Positions 25,517 through 41,112 of a stretch of DNA of 64,000 nucleotides are shown here, piece by piece (position 1 is the first letter of the stretch; every line of letters begins with the position of its first letter). Origin of the DNA: Spizellomyces punctatus DAOM BR117 (lineage: Eukaryota); the NCBI GenBank assembly GCA_000182565.2, contig KQ257450.1, one strand, 5' to 3'. Made by a program: the position numbers and the translations under genes. Below the pieces are notes generated by a model. The model had not been told where the DNA came from, did no database searches, and saw nothing but the letters and a program-made list of their open reading frames with translations.

Positions 25517-26455
25517 CTACTGGCGCTTTCCAGTCTTGGCAAGCCAGTCAGACCTTGAAAAACAGAGGACTGTTGAGAACACGTTCCAAGCACGTCAATA
25601 GCAAGAAAACGAAAACTCACCATTCCTGGTAGGGACTCTTGGAGAACTTCGTCTCGGCCCAGAGATCGGGGGTGAGGAAACCGTAAGTGTTACCGATCGC
25701 CATGAAGGTAGCCTTCACGAAGTTACCGAGAGTCTTGGTGGAACCCCTGGCGGTGGTGTAACAGTCCTGGATACCAGCGAGCTGAAGAAGCTTCTTGGGC
25801 ACAGGAGCGGCAACAAGGCCGGTACCACGGGGGGCAGGAACAAGACGAGCAGTCACGGAACCGCACTTGCCGGTCACCTTGGCGGGGACGGTGTGAGGTT
25901 CACCGAGAATGGTACCCCAGTAACCACGGCGAACAGGAATGACGCTCAACTTGGCGAGGATGATGGCTCCACGGATGGCGGTGGCAACCTCCTTGGAACA
26001 CTTGACACCCAAACCGACGTGTCCATTGAAGTCTCCAATGACAACGAAAGCCTTGAAACGAGTACGCTGACCGGCACGAGTTTGCTTCTGCACCGGCATG
26101 ATCTTCATGACCTCATCCTTGAGCTTGGGGAGGAAGAAGTCTACGATCTGGTACTCCTTGATGGGCAAAGAGAAAAGGTAAATCTCCTCAATCGACTTGA
26201 TCTTGCCGTCCTTGACGAGACGTCCGAGTTTGGTGACGGGGACCCACTCCTTGGCCTGGTCGTCCTTGCGGCCTGCAGTCACCACGTCAACATTCAATGC
26301 CTGTAGGCCAGCGAAGAGTTGTCAAAAGACTTACCACCCCGTCTTCCCCTGCCACGGTCACCACGACGGCCACGCCTGTCGCCGCCACGTCCACCACGGT
26401 CACCGCGACCAAATCCACCACGTCCGCGACCTTCGGCCGATACTGCGTCAGCCAT
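25517..26455 (-). CDS. RPS2: 40S ribosomal protein S2 (uS5) (spliced)
   Basis: RG-rich N-terminus [59 protein letters not shown]. Strong codon bias. Confidence 0.98.
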
Positions 26456-27079
26456 TTGCTGTAAAACCAGAAAAGGTAATGTTAGTCTACAGTGTCCAGC
26501 CATCATGTCCGAAAGGATCCGTTCCCCAATCCATTCCATGTCCCATGCGCTGGTAGCCTTTGCACTTCCTGGTCAGACTGCGCAAATGATGCTACAATTA
26601 CCAGTTACCGCCCTGAAAGGCACGCACACGCTATAGAACCAAAGAATCATTTCATCTCATCGTGTGCTCCAATTGTCCCCATGGCCCACATGTTCCCCCC
26701 GTTCCATCGCCTCCCCTTCCATCTAAACCTCTTCCATCCTTCCCATCATTCCACAGATAAAACATTCAACGCACTGCCTGAAGGATGGATGGATGGATGC
26801 GTACGTACAAGGATTGGATTGAGAGAATTGAGACCTATGAAAGGCTTTTGACGTTAACTTAGTCCTTCTTCATGCAAGTTGAGCGATTTGAGACCGCGCC
26901 GATCTCCGTTTTTGACTGGTAGACACGTGACTTTATGACTGGTTTGCATGCCGCTCACGTGGACTGCTTTTGTTGCCATGACAGTGCTGTTGGTCGCATT
27001 GGCAGCGAGTCTTTTTGCTTTCGATTTCTTCCTCCTCCTTGTTCAACGCCCTTCCCACCCCATAAAGTTGTAAAAAAAC

Positions 27080-27830
27080 ATGCCTGTCGACGAGAAGAAG
27101 CTCAAGAAGGTCATCAAGGAGGGTGGCAAGCGTGGTGTGGAGATTGAGGGAGCCGCCACCATGGGTAAGTCGTTTTGAATGGCACTTTTAAAAGGCGTAG
27201 CTAGCTCATTTGGACTATGTGAATATTTTAGGTGGTTTGGAGTTCTTTTGCACAAAGGTCGATGAGCCTGAGGGTGATGTGGATCTTTTGATCCAGTCCG
27301 TTGAGGCAATGAACGCTGAAGTCGACGAGAACGAAGAGGAGCGCAAGGGTGGATCTGGTGACATTGGCAAGATGATCTTTTCCACCAGCGATGAGCGCGT
27401 TGCCATCGTTGCCTACGTGCCCGAGAGCAAGAAGGACAAGGTGGGAAAAGTGTTGCTTATACCTTTCTTTGATGTTGTACATTACTCAATCTATACTTGT
27501 CTAGATCGACGCGAAGGCGTGGTTGGAGGCTGTCGTCAGCCAGTACGAAGGCAAGGTCCTTTCTGGAGACAACAAGTTGGCATCAGGAGGTGAGATCGGG
27601 GCTCGTTGTCTTTCTTTTTTTTTGGTTATACGCTAATGCTCATGTCCAAATGATCAGAAATCCGTGCCAACCCCGACAAGGGTATCTTCACCTTGAAGGT
27701 GCGTGATGAAGCCCTCACCAAGGGTGTCGAGTACCTTCGCAGCAAGGGATGCTTCCCCGAGGCTTCCAACGATGACTCGGATGATGATGTTGTGTTTGGT
27801 GACGACTTTGACTTTGACAATGCCGAATAA
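27080..27830 (+). CDS. Uncharacterised ~183-aa protein, 4 exons, C-Ala/DHHA1-like segment, acidic tail
   Basis: Exons 27080-27164, 27232-27440, 27505-27589, 27658-27830 splice in frame to MPVDEKKLKKVIKEGGKRGVEIEGAATMGGLEFFCTKVDEPEGD...KGGSGDIGKMIFS...VAIVAYVPESKKDKIDAKAWLEAVVSQYEGK...DDSDDDVVFGDDFDFDNAE*. Confidence 0.85.
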
Positions 27831-28125
27831 TCTTGTGGTCACTCAAATGATTTGGGGATATTAGTAACTGTACAGAAAATACAATGCATTCCATACTCGT
27901 AGAGACATGTTTTTGCCAGTCAACTTTTCTATATCTTGCTATCTATATCGTTCAATATCGACTGTTTGGTTTTTACCCCACAATGGGGCACGTGCCTTGC
28001 GTCATCTCGTAGCGCGCATCGATGGGCTTCCCAAAGGCTTTAAACAAGGCCTCAAAGCAACTTGCATCCCAACGTTTTTGCTGCAAAATATCCCAAACTT
28101 GCTATTCGGAAATTCAATGAATAAC

Positions 28126-30445
<2,320 letters not shown>

Positions 30446-30599
30446 AAACGCCTAGAGGAGGACTTGTAGACAAGCTGCTAGCACCTTTTGGACTGCTTTT
30501 GCCCAATACATGTCTTGTTGTATCCCATTTTCGTCAAACCTCCCCCAAAGCTCATCAGAATCGTTCCGGCAGCCAAAATCTCTACCTATGGTCTCTATT

Positions 30600-33500
30600 T
30601 TAGTTATCTATTCTACTTTTCGTCGCTGTCATCAGCGATTGTACAGAAGCCTTCCAACTGGCCAAAACTTGCGTTGCAATAAAATCCCGGATTGTTACCC
30701 CCTATGCACAAGACAAATTGTCAGTTAAGGAATGGTGCACATGGTACTATATTCTAATTACCTCATCTCCAAGAATATTCATCCATTCCGCTGGTTCAGA
30801 ACCAAACATGTCAGTCGCCAACAACTGTGGTTTGCAGTTTGATATCTCGCTGTTGCACCGAGCCAATTCCTTATGGAAGTCGGATAAAATGGATTGTAGA
30901 CCAGTTATGAAGGGAGCTAGTTTGGGGGAGGTGATAGGCTTTCCAGCTTTGCTTTTTTTGCCAGCTGAGCCAAGCGAGGGTACGAACGATGCCAATGCAA
31001 TGCCTGCATAACTGCAGCCCTGTTACCAAATCATCTGTTAGATATATTGAAAATCCGACAGGGAAGGATAACATGCCCACCTCTAACAAGAGAGTGTATC
31101 TCCGAAGCTTTTCATATGACAATTGCCATTTGTCGTCGGTCACTTTGGACAACAACGCTGGCAGATTCGAAGAAACGAAACTGATCATCAATGAAGACCT
31201 TAATGTCAAATTAGCCATGGAGACGTACCTCTCAAGTCTGATAAAACGCTATCTATCGGAGAAAGGTCCACCGTTTCTATACAATTGACACCAAGTTAAG
31301 GTCAAAAATGGGATTCAACATCAAACTAAGAACGCACTACCTCTTCGCGCGATATCCTCGGCAGCGCGGATCTGTAGGGCAACGCCAGACAGCTTAATGA
31401 GCACCTCCACTGGCGCGAGCTCTTCGCTGTCCTAGAATACCAAAGTCAGTTGAGCCAGAAGCCGGAGATGATCTTTGGGTCCATGAACTAACCAGATCTG
31501 CTGTACGGCATTGGTCTACGACTTCCTTCAAAGCCGCGTGCTGTAGCTCCCACCCCGAGGAATTCATTGTACACATCGCTTTCAGAACCAATGGTATGAT
31601 TGCGTGCAACTTTAGCCATTCGCCCTAGAGATGCAATGGCTTCAGTTGACCGGGTGCCTGACAGTTAACAATGACTGGTCGTAGCACATACTCGTTTCCG
31701 AGGAAACTTGCTTCCTCGTATTATGCTACCGATCGGTTGCGTAGATGGAAGCCAATTCGGCATCAGGCTAGTATCGCGATTATCAGATAAGGTCTCGATG
31801 TAATTATCTACGCAAAATATGGGATCAGCCACTCGCTTCGTATCCGCATATGTTTCAGGTGAATTGCTGTCCAAACCTGAGTATTGCAGGGCATCCTCGT
31901 CCAATATTTGCAGGTACGACGTCAAATTTTCTATATCTGGGAACCTTCGCAAGATTTCCACTCTGTAGAGCTGGCGTTTGAAAATGGAGTGCTGGAGCGA
32001 ACGTCTCACTCGATCCCGGAAGCGGATAAACTCTGGTATCTGCACCACGGCTGGACTAGTGAGCAGCAACTCGCACCCCCTTTGGGACAGTAGGCGAAAT
32101 GTTACCTTGGAGAAAGTCCCGTATTTGAACGCCTGGACAATCATTTCGGGGGTCTAGAACGGCAGAAGGTTAAGTTAAGATTTAGAGCAGATAGGTAACT
32201 TTGACCCGGTTAAGGTGTTCCTACCTCACGCTCATTTGAAGCGTATATGGTCATTGCTTTGATGAAGGATCTCAATGCTAGTTCAGGACAACCCAAGAGC
32301 TCCAAATCGTCTGTGAAGAGGAAACTAATCAAAATCTTCAGTTCACCCCACTTACGGTCGTAATGAGCAGTAAGTTCTTACGATACCTGAGAGTGTCATG
32401 CTGAATTTGTTTGACATCCAGGGACGCTGCTAGATCGAGCATCCTCTGAAAGACGCCTGGGAAGAGCAACAAGATTATGAATACGCTAAAGAACCAAGTT
32501 GCGCACGAGGCACCACTCACCTAACTCGAAATATAATCGAATAAGTAACAGCTTGATCTGGAAATTGAATTTACTGCGCTGCAATCCGTACTCAAGTACA
32601 GCAACCGCCTCAGCGAGATAATTCTTTCGGTCTTGAAGTCGCGTTGTGCCAGTAAGTAAAGAAAGGCCCATAGCGGTTTGAGCGCTGCTGCAATCACTCA
32701 CCGCGATCCCGCGAATACAGTTGAATCAATATATGGACGGCAAGTAACAGGTAGTCATCGCCAGGCTGAAGTTCTCGCTCATCAAATTGCTCTCCTGGAA
32801 ATGAGGGTTAAACAATCGCGTGGGAAGGATGAACCTCGCGACTGTACCTAGCGAAATTGTGTCCTTATATGCTTTAACGTAGGTGGAAACTGTGGCGTGC
32901 ATCTTTTCTTCAGATGGCAGAGGCATGCAGTAAGACCGGATTTTCTCAACATTCATGCTCCTCCTAACGTCAGCGACCGACGGCTTCTACAATATTATGA
33001 TTACTCGCAAGTTCAGCTAAGGCAGAGCAAAGGGTTGCAAGGCTCATACAGTAGGGCTCGGCTTCGCGGAAATCCTATTCAGTAAGGCCGCGGCGTCGGT
33101 CTCAGTCAATCGTTTCAAATAAGCGCATAGGTCGTCAAAGCACGAGATTGAACTGCCAAATTGTTCAAAATAGTTGGCAATCAGTTCAACCATTGTTTTG
33201 TAACCAACGGTTACTCCTGTCATATCATGAACGTAAGATCAGAATCTTCCGTCAAGTGCCGTAAAGGTGATTCATGCACGACAATGGCGGACCTTGCTCA
33301 GAGTTGAGTTGTCTACCTAATTCCAGTGCCGCCAAGAACGGACCGCGCTTTACATGTTTATCGCCCAACACCTTTGTCTGCTGCTCTTCAATAAATCTTT
33401 GGAACTGCAATATAAGATCATCTCTGGAGGATACGATTAGGTGCTGATAGCCAAATCCATACGAGGCTTGGCGTGATTTACCTTGAGGACAAGTTCTGCG

Positions 33501-34798
33501 TATCCAACTTCACCTTGAAGATTGCCTCAAGGTAGTTCGTATAGCTCAGCCAGTCATCTGGACTGTCAGGATCTCAGCATGTGCATCGAACGGACTGTTG
33601 GAAAGTTGCTCGTCACCTTACCTAGCCACAAGTAACTCTTTACTGATGCTGAGGACATCTTCCCATCGTCCTGCTGACTTTGACAGATCGACAATGATGC
33701 GTTTCCGCTCCGTCTCCACCTTACACAATCCTCCCAACTCTCCCTTCACCACGTCCAATGCCTCCTGGAATTTGCCTTGAGTTACAAGGATGTCCAAGTA
33801 GAGTTGCAAAGCTACATTTCACAAATCCAAAGGATCAGGCCTGCGGTTCGATTGCTGAAGTGACCTAGGTCCAGTACCTTCATACTCTTTCAGTCGGCCC
33901 TCCTGGGCGGCTTTGACGATCATCCTTTCGGCAAGTGTTGCCAGTATAGACTGACCTCCAGCGTTGTCGAGTTTGGCCTGTTGGAAAATGGACCATACTT
34001 TTACAATCTGACTGTTCCTAGGACATAGCTTTTTTGAAAGTACCTGAAGCCACACGGTCATAATCGTCCAAAAAAGGTAACGATTGTCCTTGAACTGCTT
34101 TTGCAGCTTCATTGCTCCCTGTGAAAATTATTGTGTAAGATCGATCATTGTCAACACCAGTGTGGAGGGACGCAGATGCTGCCAACCTGCTGCATACTCT
34201 TACGATCATCCGCCCGGGTCAGCGCCATGAACCAATGGTTTGCAAGCTCCTCGTTCTTTGGCGCCTGCATGTACGCACTTTCGTAAACGGCGATAATATC
34301 CGCATCTGTAAGGGATTGCGATTACGGAGGATCTGGTTCTGATCAATTCTCCACAACTACTTACGCTTCTGGTGCGCCCGATATACCATCATGATCGCTT
34401 GCAAGATCCCTTCATCCACAGGCTTGGCATTTTTAACCTCGTCGCATAGCTCGAAAGCCTCATCCTCCCGGCCCATACGATCTAGCGCTACGGCTTTCAG
34501 AGCCTGTTGCCTGTGTCAAACAACATACTTTGGGTTTCAGCCCCCAGCTTCAGCAATACAACTAACCTTCAAGATCAGTGCGTCCCCTTGCTTCTTCAAA
34601 CCTTTATTACATAACTGTATCGCCTGCTTGTAAGAATATGAATCGAGGGCGTCTGTGTATGGGAATCAGTAAGCATGAATGCTTTTATCGAGCAGAGTAA
34701 AAGTACTTGACCCAAATAGGCTCATTATTCATTCCAACAGAAAGCTTACCATAAATAGGCCTTAATCGCCGCTCTTGCACGTCCGTCAGACTAGCCAT
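30600..34798 (-). CDS. NAA25: NatB N-terminal acetyltransferase auxiliary subunit (Mdm20/NAA25) (spliced)
   Basis: MASLTDVQERRLRPIY|DALDSYSYKQAIQLC, TPR-like repeats, KRGPFLAALEL, YFEQFGSSISCFDDL, SKFNFQIKLLLIRLY, LDVKQIQHDTL, MIVQAFKYGTFSK. 3' end less certain. Confidence 0.88.
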
Positions 34799-34862
34799 CG
34801 GTGCTAGATCTCTTTTTTATTCTCAAGCTGTCCACCTTTGAAGATCGCGTCCAAGTTGAATG

Positions 34863-34874
34863 AATCACGTGATT
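34863..34874. promoter_or_regulatory. Palindromic E-box AATCACGTGATT (Cbf1/bHLH-type) in NAA25/UBX bidirectional promoter
   Basis: 12-bp perfect palindrome. Similar TCACGTG cores lie at 26924-26931, 26955-26961 and 38126-38133 in other divergent promoters. Confidence 0.45.
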
Positions 34875-35098
34875 GACTTCCGCGTCATCTCCTTTGGGAC
34901 GTCCTCCTCGCAAGTAATTCTTCTGACGAGATCCCCAAAGGAACGACTTGACCGTTACAACTGGGGACTTTTATTTAACGCGACAAAAGTTATAGCTTCG
35001 TAATATCTGGTATATCATCTGGCGGTTTCTGCGAGAGCTATGCGTCATGTTAACCATAAATCCCGTCGCAGTGCTTTTCAGCACCTCAACCGAGTACT

Positions 35099-37178
35099 AT
35101 GAGTGATTTTGTGGACGACGAAGCTATACTGAACTTTGTCGAGGTGACGGGGGCTGACCCTGATGTGGCAAAGAGCTATCTGACTGTTAGTTCGTCTTTA
35201 TCCTCTTCTTGATGGCATCCGCGTAATCAACATTGTGACGTTGCAGGTCGCGGAGGGTAGGGTTGAGCAGGCCATTTCTCTGTTCATGGAAAATGGAGGT
35301 GCTCCGTTGACAAGCGAAATACCTGAGAGACCGCAAACGTCCTCCAGTGCGGCTTCTTCTACAAGCTCATTACCTCGCGAACCAGAGGAAGTTCGAGCTC
35401 CGATAGCAGTGAGTTATCAAAAGACACAGCACAAAATAGGGCAGAATAGTAACGTCTTCCCCGACAGCCCAAAAGGGAGGCTCTCTTCTCGAATGACGGA
35501 CCTTCCTTCCATAGAGGCGGAGGTGAGTGGAGATGTCCGCAGTTTGACCATGCATTCAAAGTTAAATGATTTTGGCGGTTCAGGCAGACGGGCACAACCT
35601 GTTTCCACCATACCTGGATTGCCTCCCAGCCCTTTCATGCAAGAACCCTTGGGGCCAATCATACCATGTAAGTATAAAAAAGCCTAGACAAATTTCGTCA
35701 AATGCTTAACGATTGGGTAGCCATCGCCAATGACAGGAACAGCAGACTAGCGGAACTGTTCAGGCCTCCAACCGATATCATACATGATGCAAACACACTA
35801 GAGCATGTATGTTTTTGTCGCTCCAGTTCCGAGGTAGGAAAGCTTATCAGCAGTATATCCAGGCTCGCGAGTATGCCAAGCACCATAACAAATGGGTAAT
35901 TGTGACGCTGAACGATCCATCTGAATTTGGCTGCCAAGTGATGAATCGAGATTTGTGGAAAGATTCTGGTGCGATTATTTTTTTTTATTGGCGATTTCCT
36001 ACTCAGCTTACCCATGTACCCTTTCAGCTGTGCAAGATCTGATTAAGGAAAACTTTATCTTTATATATGTAAGCGGCAGGAGACGAGCAGTGCAAGCGAT
36101 GAACTCGACTCAATGACATATTTTCTTCTAGTGGGGTGCCGACAGCCCTCCTGGTAGAAACCATCGAGCACTCTATCCAGTTGATAGCTACCCTTATGTC
36201 GCCATAATTGATCCCATAACTGGTAAGGGTAATATTATGCTCCGATAATCCTGATTGAAACTATACCTTACACCATTTGTTAGGAGAGCGAATGAAAACA
36301 TGGAGCACAACCATGACCCCGGCAGAATTCATGCAAGATGGTAATAGAATTTGCAAAATGCAGCCATGGAGACATCGTACTGAATTATGCACACAATTTG
36401 CTTCCTAGCTTCGGAATTTTTGGCGAGGCATAGTCTTCACCTACCAGCACCTGCAAGAAAGAAAAAGAAGACCGTCACTCCAGCTGGGCAACGAGTACGT
36501 ACTGATTGCAGCGCTGGTGTGGTTGACGAAAGAATTGGATGGACCAAATTTTGATGATGTTTCCAGCCGGTCACAGAATTATCGGAGGAGGAGCAACTTG
36601 AACTTGCCTTAGCTGCGTCAATGGGTCAGACGAAAGTTGCTCCTGCTGCGGACCAGGATGAAACGGCTGATGAAGTGGAGGCCATGGAAGATGTTGTCCC
36701 ATCGACGAATGGTGCATATGTTACTCCTCTAGATATGGGTAGCTTGGCATCCTCCTAACCCATGGTCATAGTTTTCGACACCATTGAGCCCATTCTGAAC
36801 GAAGAACCGACAGGAAGTGATGCTGTCCGAATTCAATTCCGTTTACCTGGTAATGAATTGTAATTGTTTCTTGCGTGCCACGTGCCAATGCTCCTGCTGA
36901 CTCATTCCATCAAAAAGACGGAACACGCAAAGTCCGACGATTTAGAAAAACAGATCCGGTTCGCACCCTCTTCCAATATGTGCGAGCCGATGTTCCTGAA
37001 GCAAGGGCCAAGCCGTTCGAGGTATGAGTGTTGGCTCATTTTTTTGATTATAGTAGTTTGCTCATGAATGCATGCCTTCAAGTTGATGAACTTCCGGGAT
37101 CCTTTATTGCCGAGGATAAATGATTCAGTGGAAGACGCGAAGTTGGCTGGAGCCTCTATAACAGTCGACTTCCAGTAA
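35099..37178 (+). CDS. UBX-domain Cdc48/p97 adaptor, UBXN7/Ubx5-like (UBA-UAS-UIM-UBX) (spliced)
   Basis: N-terminal UBA-like (ILNFVEVTGADPDVAKSYL), VRAPI, RLAELFRPP, CQVMNRDLW, YPYVAIIDPITGE, UIM LSEEEQLELALAASM, UBX RIQFRLPDGTRKVRRF. Confidence 0.88.
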
Positions 37179-37712
37179 ATGGGAGTCCCTCGTCCCTGCT
37201 CTCACGGAGGTTGTTTCATAGGCCACAGTTGGTATTGCATAATAAATCAAGGTATATCTCTCAGTACCCGAACAAGCATTGGTAGATTGAAATTGCATTC
37301 CGTCGGTCAACGATAGCGGGAGAAAAAATTTCCGTGGTCCAACCATATATACACTGTTAGGCTTGCACAGCCGATTTCTGATGTTGTATGGGATGTTGGA
37401 TGTGCCTCGACGCCCCTTATGACAAGGATACTGTATCTTCTGCACATATTAAAAGTCGTTGGACGAGAGCTACAGAAACTGGCGTTTGAAACGCCGTTGC
37501 CGTCATTTTGTATTGTGGAGAAGATATCACACGAAGCCGATTCAGCCATCGCTAAGCAAATATCACCATATGGGTGGGACGTCCAGCCCCTTCCGTGCGC
37601 ATAGAATCGGGGGACAAGGGGGAGCGGGGTTTCCCAACCGGTTCAATGCTTTGGGCATAGCGTCACCAGGCGCTGAGGAGTTTTGATCAACATTTGTCTC
37701 AAGTGGTAGACA

Positions 37713-38029
37713 TTATTTTTTCATCTAAGGAATTAAAGCGATTATTATGAGAAAAGTAATACACAATCGGGCATATTTCATGTTTATGTACCGCTTTGAC
37801 AAAGCACTCGCGGAAAGCTTTAAACTCCTTGGCACACGAGTCTTTTTGAATGTCCGCGAAATGGTGACTAACGCACTTGCCGTACACCGATGCCTAAGAA
37901 CAAATATGGGGAGGAAGGGCGTTCAGTAAATGACCAATATCATACTGCCAGATCTCTGCATGCCTGTGCACCACATGAGGCAAAGCTGCTTGACAGCGTT
38001 TTTACAGTTCGCCGTACCGAGTGGGTCAT
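37713..38029 (-). CDS. Small twin-CX9C mitochondrial IMS protein, NDUFAF8-like (spliced)
   Basis: MTHSVRRTVKTLSSSFASCGAQ|ASVYGKCVSHHFADIQKDSCAKEFKAFRECFVKA|MKK*, with two CX9C motifs. Confidence 0.75.
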
Positions 38030-38224
38030 TATCGCCCTTGAAGTCTAGAGTAGGAATAAATACAAGGAAATGCTAGAGTTGAAGCAAGCAGCTGGTGCTT
38101 TCATCTGAACAGAACAGTCATCTAGTCACGTGATTACTTAACTGCGCACGTCCAGAACTGTCCGTTGTTAAAGTCTACCCTGATCTCACTCATCTCATTG
38201 GTTTGATTTGCTTTCATAGACTTC

Positions 38225-41112
38225 ATGGACAGAAGAAGGTATGTCTGACTACACTTGGTCGCACATTATGCCAACCAGAAGATATGCTTATACGATTGTC
38301 GAAAGCTATCGACAGGATGATCGGGGTCGTTATGATGGCCGTGACCGTGAGCGTGGCCATTCTGATATGAGAGACCGCCCTAATGAGCCGGACCGAGATC
38401 GTTATCGGGATAGGGATTATGATCGACGACGGGACTACGATGATCAGAGGCGGGCTGGCCACTATTATGACCGAAGGGACAACCGAGGAGATCGTCGAGG
38501 GGATGACAGAGGCCCACCTTCGTCGTACGACGATAGGAGGAGGGAGGATTCATATGGTCGCCCAAATGACCGAAGATGGGAAGAGAGGGACCAAAACAGA
38601 GACCGAGAGCAGGACGACAGGCATGATGAACCGCGAAAAGATCGGGATATGATGGATGTTGATGGCGAGCACAAACCAGTCTCAGACAGACCAGACGGTA
38701 CCAACGGAGAAAATGGTGTGACCAGCGCAGAAGAGAGTAAACCGCCACAGAAGAAAGTGCCAATCTCGCTGGAAGAGCTACTGAAAAATAGGACGGAAGA
38801 GAAGGCCGCTAACGATAAACCGGTTTTTTTATCAAAGGCAGAAAGAGCCAAGCTTGCATTAGAAAAACGTCAAAAGGAGGTGGAAGAGCAGCGAAAAAAA
38901 CAAGAAGAAGAGCGTCAAGCGCGCATGGCTTTCTTCTCAGAGTCTCAGAATGGCGATGGTAAGATTTTGCCCCTTCTTTCCGTGAATGATTCATTTGCTC
39001 ATCTTTCTTGAAAGCAGCTCGGATAAGGGAGGAGCAGCGGAATTGGCGGGACAATCGATATCACGATGACTTTGATAGAGGCGGGCGGAGAAATCGAGAT
39101 CGAGATTACGACCGAAGAGATAGAGATTGGGATCGTGGGTATGATCGAAATGATCGAAATAGGGATAGAAGGGAAAAGGATGTTCGTCGTGAGCGTGAAG
39201 AGAGCGTCACAAGCAATGGAATTGAAGAAGGTCTTGGGGAAAAGGAACTACAGGCCATCAGAGATCGGTATATGGGAACGGAGCGGAAGCGAAGAAAGAT
39301 CCGAAGGATGAATGATAAAAAGTTTGTCTTTGACTGGGACACGGGAGAAGATACATCTCAAGACATCAATCCCCTATATGCGAACCGACATGAACCTCAA
39401 TTTTTTGGTAGAGGGCACATTGCCGGAATCGACCTTAAGGAGCAGAAGAAGGCAAGGGCCGCCTTCTACGATCATATGCTGCATGAACGACGGACCACTG
39501 AGGAGGTGGACCGTGCCATCGCACTTGCGGAAATTGATCGTGCAAAGGAGCGCAAAACTGCGTGGGACGACCGTCATTGGTCGGAGAAACCTCTTACGGA
39601 AATGAAGGAGAGAGATTGGCGTATCTTCAAAGAGGATTTCAATATCTCGACGAAAGGAGGGAACATTCCCAACCCAATGCGCAGCTGGAGTGAATCTCCC
39701 CTACCACAAAAGCTTCTGGACGTTATCGCTAATATTGGTTACAAGGAACCAACTCCCATTCAACGGCAAGCTATTCCCATCGGACTGCAGAATCGAGACA
39801 TTATTGGAGTAGCTGAGACAGGTTCAGGAAAGACCGCGTCATTCGTCATTCCTATGCTGGTTTACATCAACGAGCTCCCACCTCTAACTGAAGAAAACCA
39901 GAGCCAGGGCCCTTATGCCCTCATTCTTGCACCAACGCGTGAATTGGCGCAGCAAATCGAGCAAGAAGCGAGCAAGTTTGCCAAAGGAATGGGATTCATT
40001 TGTGTCTCTATCGTCGGTGGACACACAATAGAAGAGCAGTCTTTTAACCTCCGTGATGGTGCCCATATTGTCATTGCAACGCCTGGTCGTCTCAAGGATT
40101 GTTTGGATCGGCGCATCTTGGTGCTTGGCCAGTGCGCGTACGTAGTCATGGATGAAGCGGATAGGATGATTGACATGGGTTTCGAGGCGGACGTTAATTA
40201 CATTTTGGATGCATTGCCCGTTTCAAATATTAAGCCGGACACGGATGAGGCGGAGAATCCAGAGGAGTTGCGGAAGGCGCTTGGAAAAGAAACTCGCTTC
40301 CGTCAGACTGTCATGTTTTCAGCTACTATGCCGGCGGCGGTTGAACGACTCGCCAAACGGTACCTTCGACGGCCTGCGGTAGTCACTATTGGTACTGCCG
40401 GTCAGGTTGTCGACACCATTGAACAAAGAGTCGAAAATATCAATGACGAAAATAAAAAGAAGCAACGATTACTTGAGTTGTTGCAACAAGGCTTTGAGCC
40501 GCCAATTATCATCTTTGTCAATCAAAAGAAAGGGGCCGATGTTTTGGCAAAAGCACTGGAGAAGCTCGGGGTACGTGGGATTTTAATGGTTCTCTTTGTT
40601 GATGCTGAAGAGCTAATGACAACCATTACCATTTTTCTAGTACAAATCCACTGTGTTGCATGGTGGAAAGTCCCAAGAACAGCGTGAAACTGCTCTTGCG
40701 GCTCTCAAGAACGGAACGAGGGACATCCTTGTCGCTACCGATGTTGCCGGTCGTGGTATTGATGTTAAGAACGTTTCGCTCGTCGTTAATTACGACATGG
40801 CCAAGAACATTGAAGATTACACACATCGTATTGGACGTACGGGTCGTGCTGGCAAGGCTGGAGTGGCCATCACATTCCTTAGTGAAAGCGATGCGGATGT
40901 CTTTTATGACCTTAAGCAGACGATTCAAAAGAGTTCAATATCAACGGTTCCCTCGTGGTTGGCGAGGCATGAGGTAAGCTGGTGATCTCTGGAATTGTTG
41001 CAAGTAACGTAGCTAACATGACATTCTTTGCCCAACTTAGGCTGCGCAAGCCAAAGCCGGGCAGTACAAGGCCAAGCGAAAGCATGAGGAGACGATTTAT
41101 AATCAACCTTGA
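38225..41112 (+). CDS. PRP28: Pre-mRNA splicing DEAD-box helicase Prp28/DDX23 (spliced)
   Basis: RD-rich N-terminus, [72 protein letters not shown]. Confidence 0.96.

Noticed and set aside
38300-39200. Repetitive GAT/CGA/GAC-rich DNA
   Set aside because: Explained by the RD-rich low-complexity N-terminus of Prp28; not an array or CRISPR.
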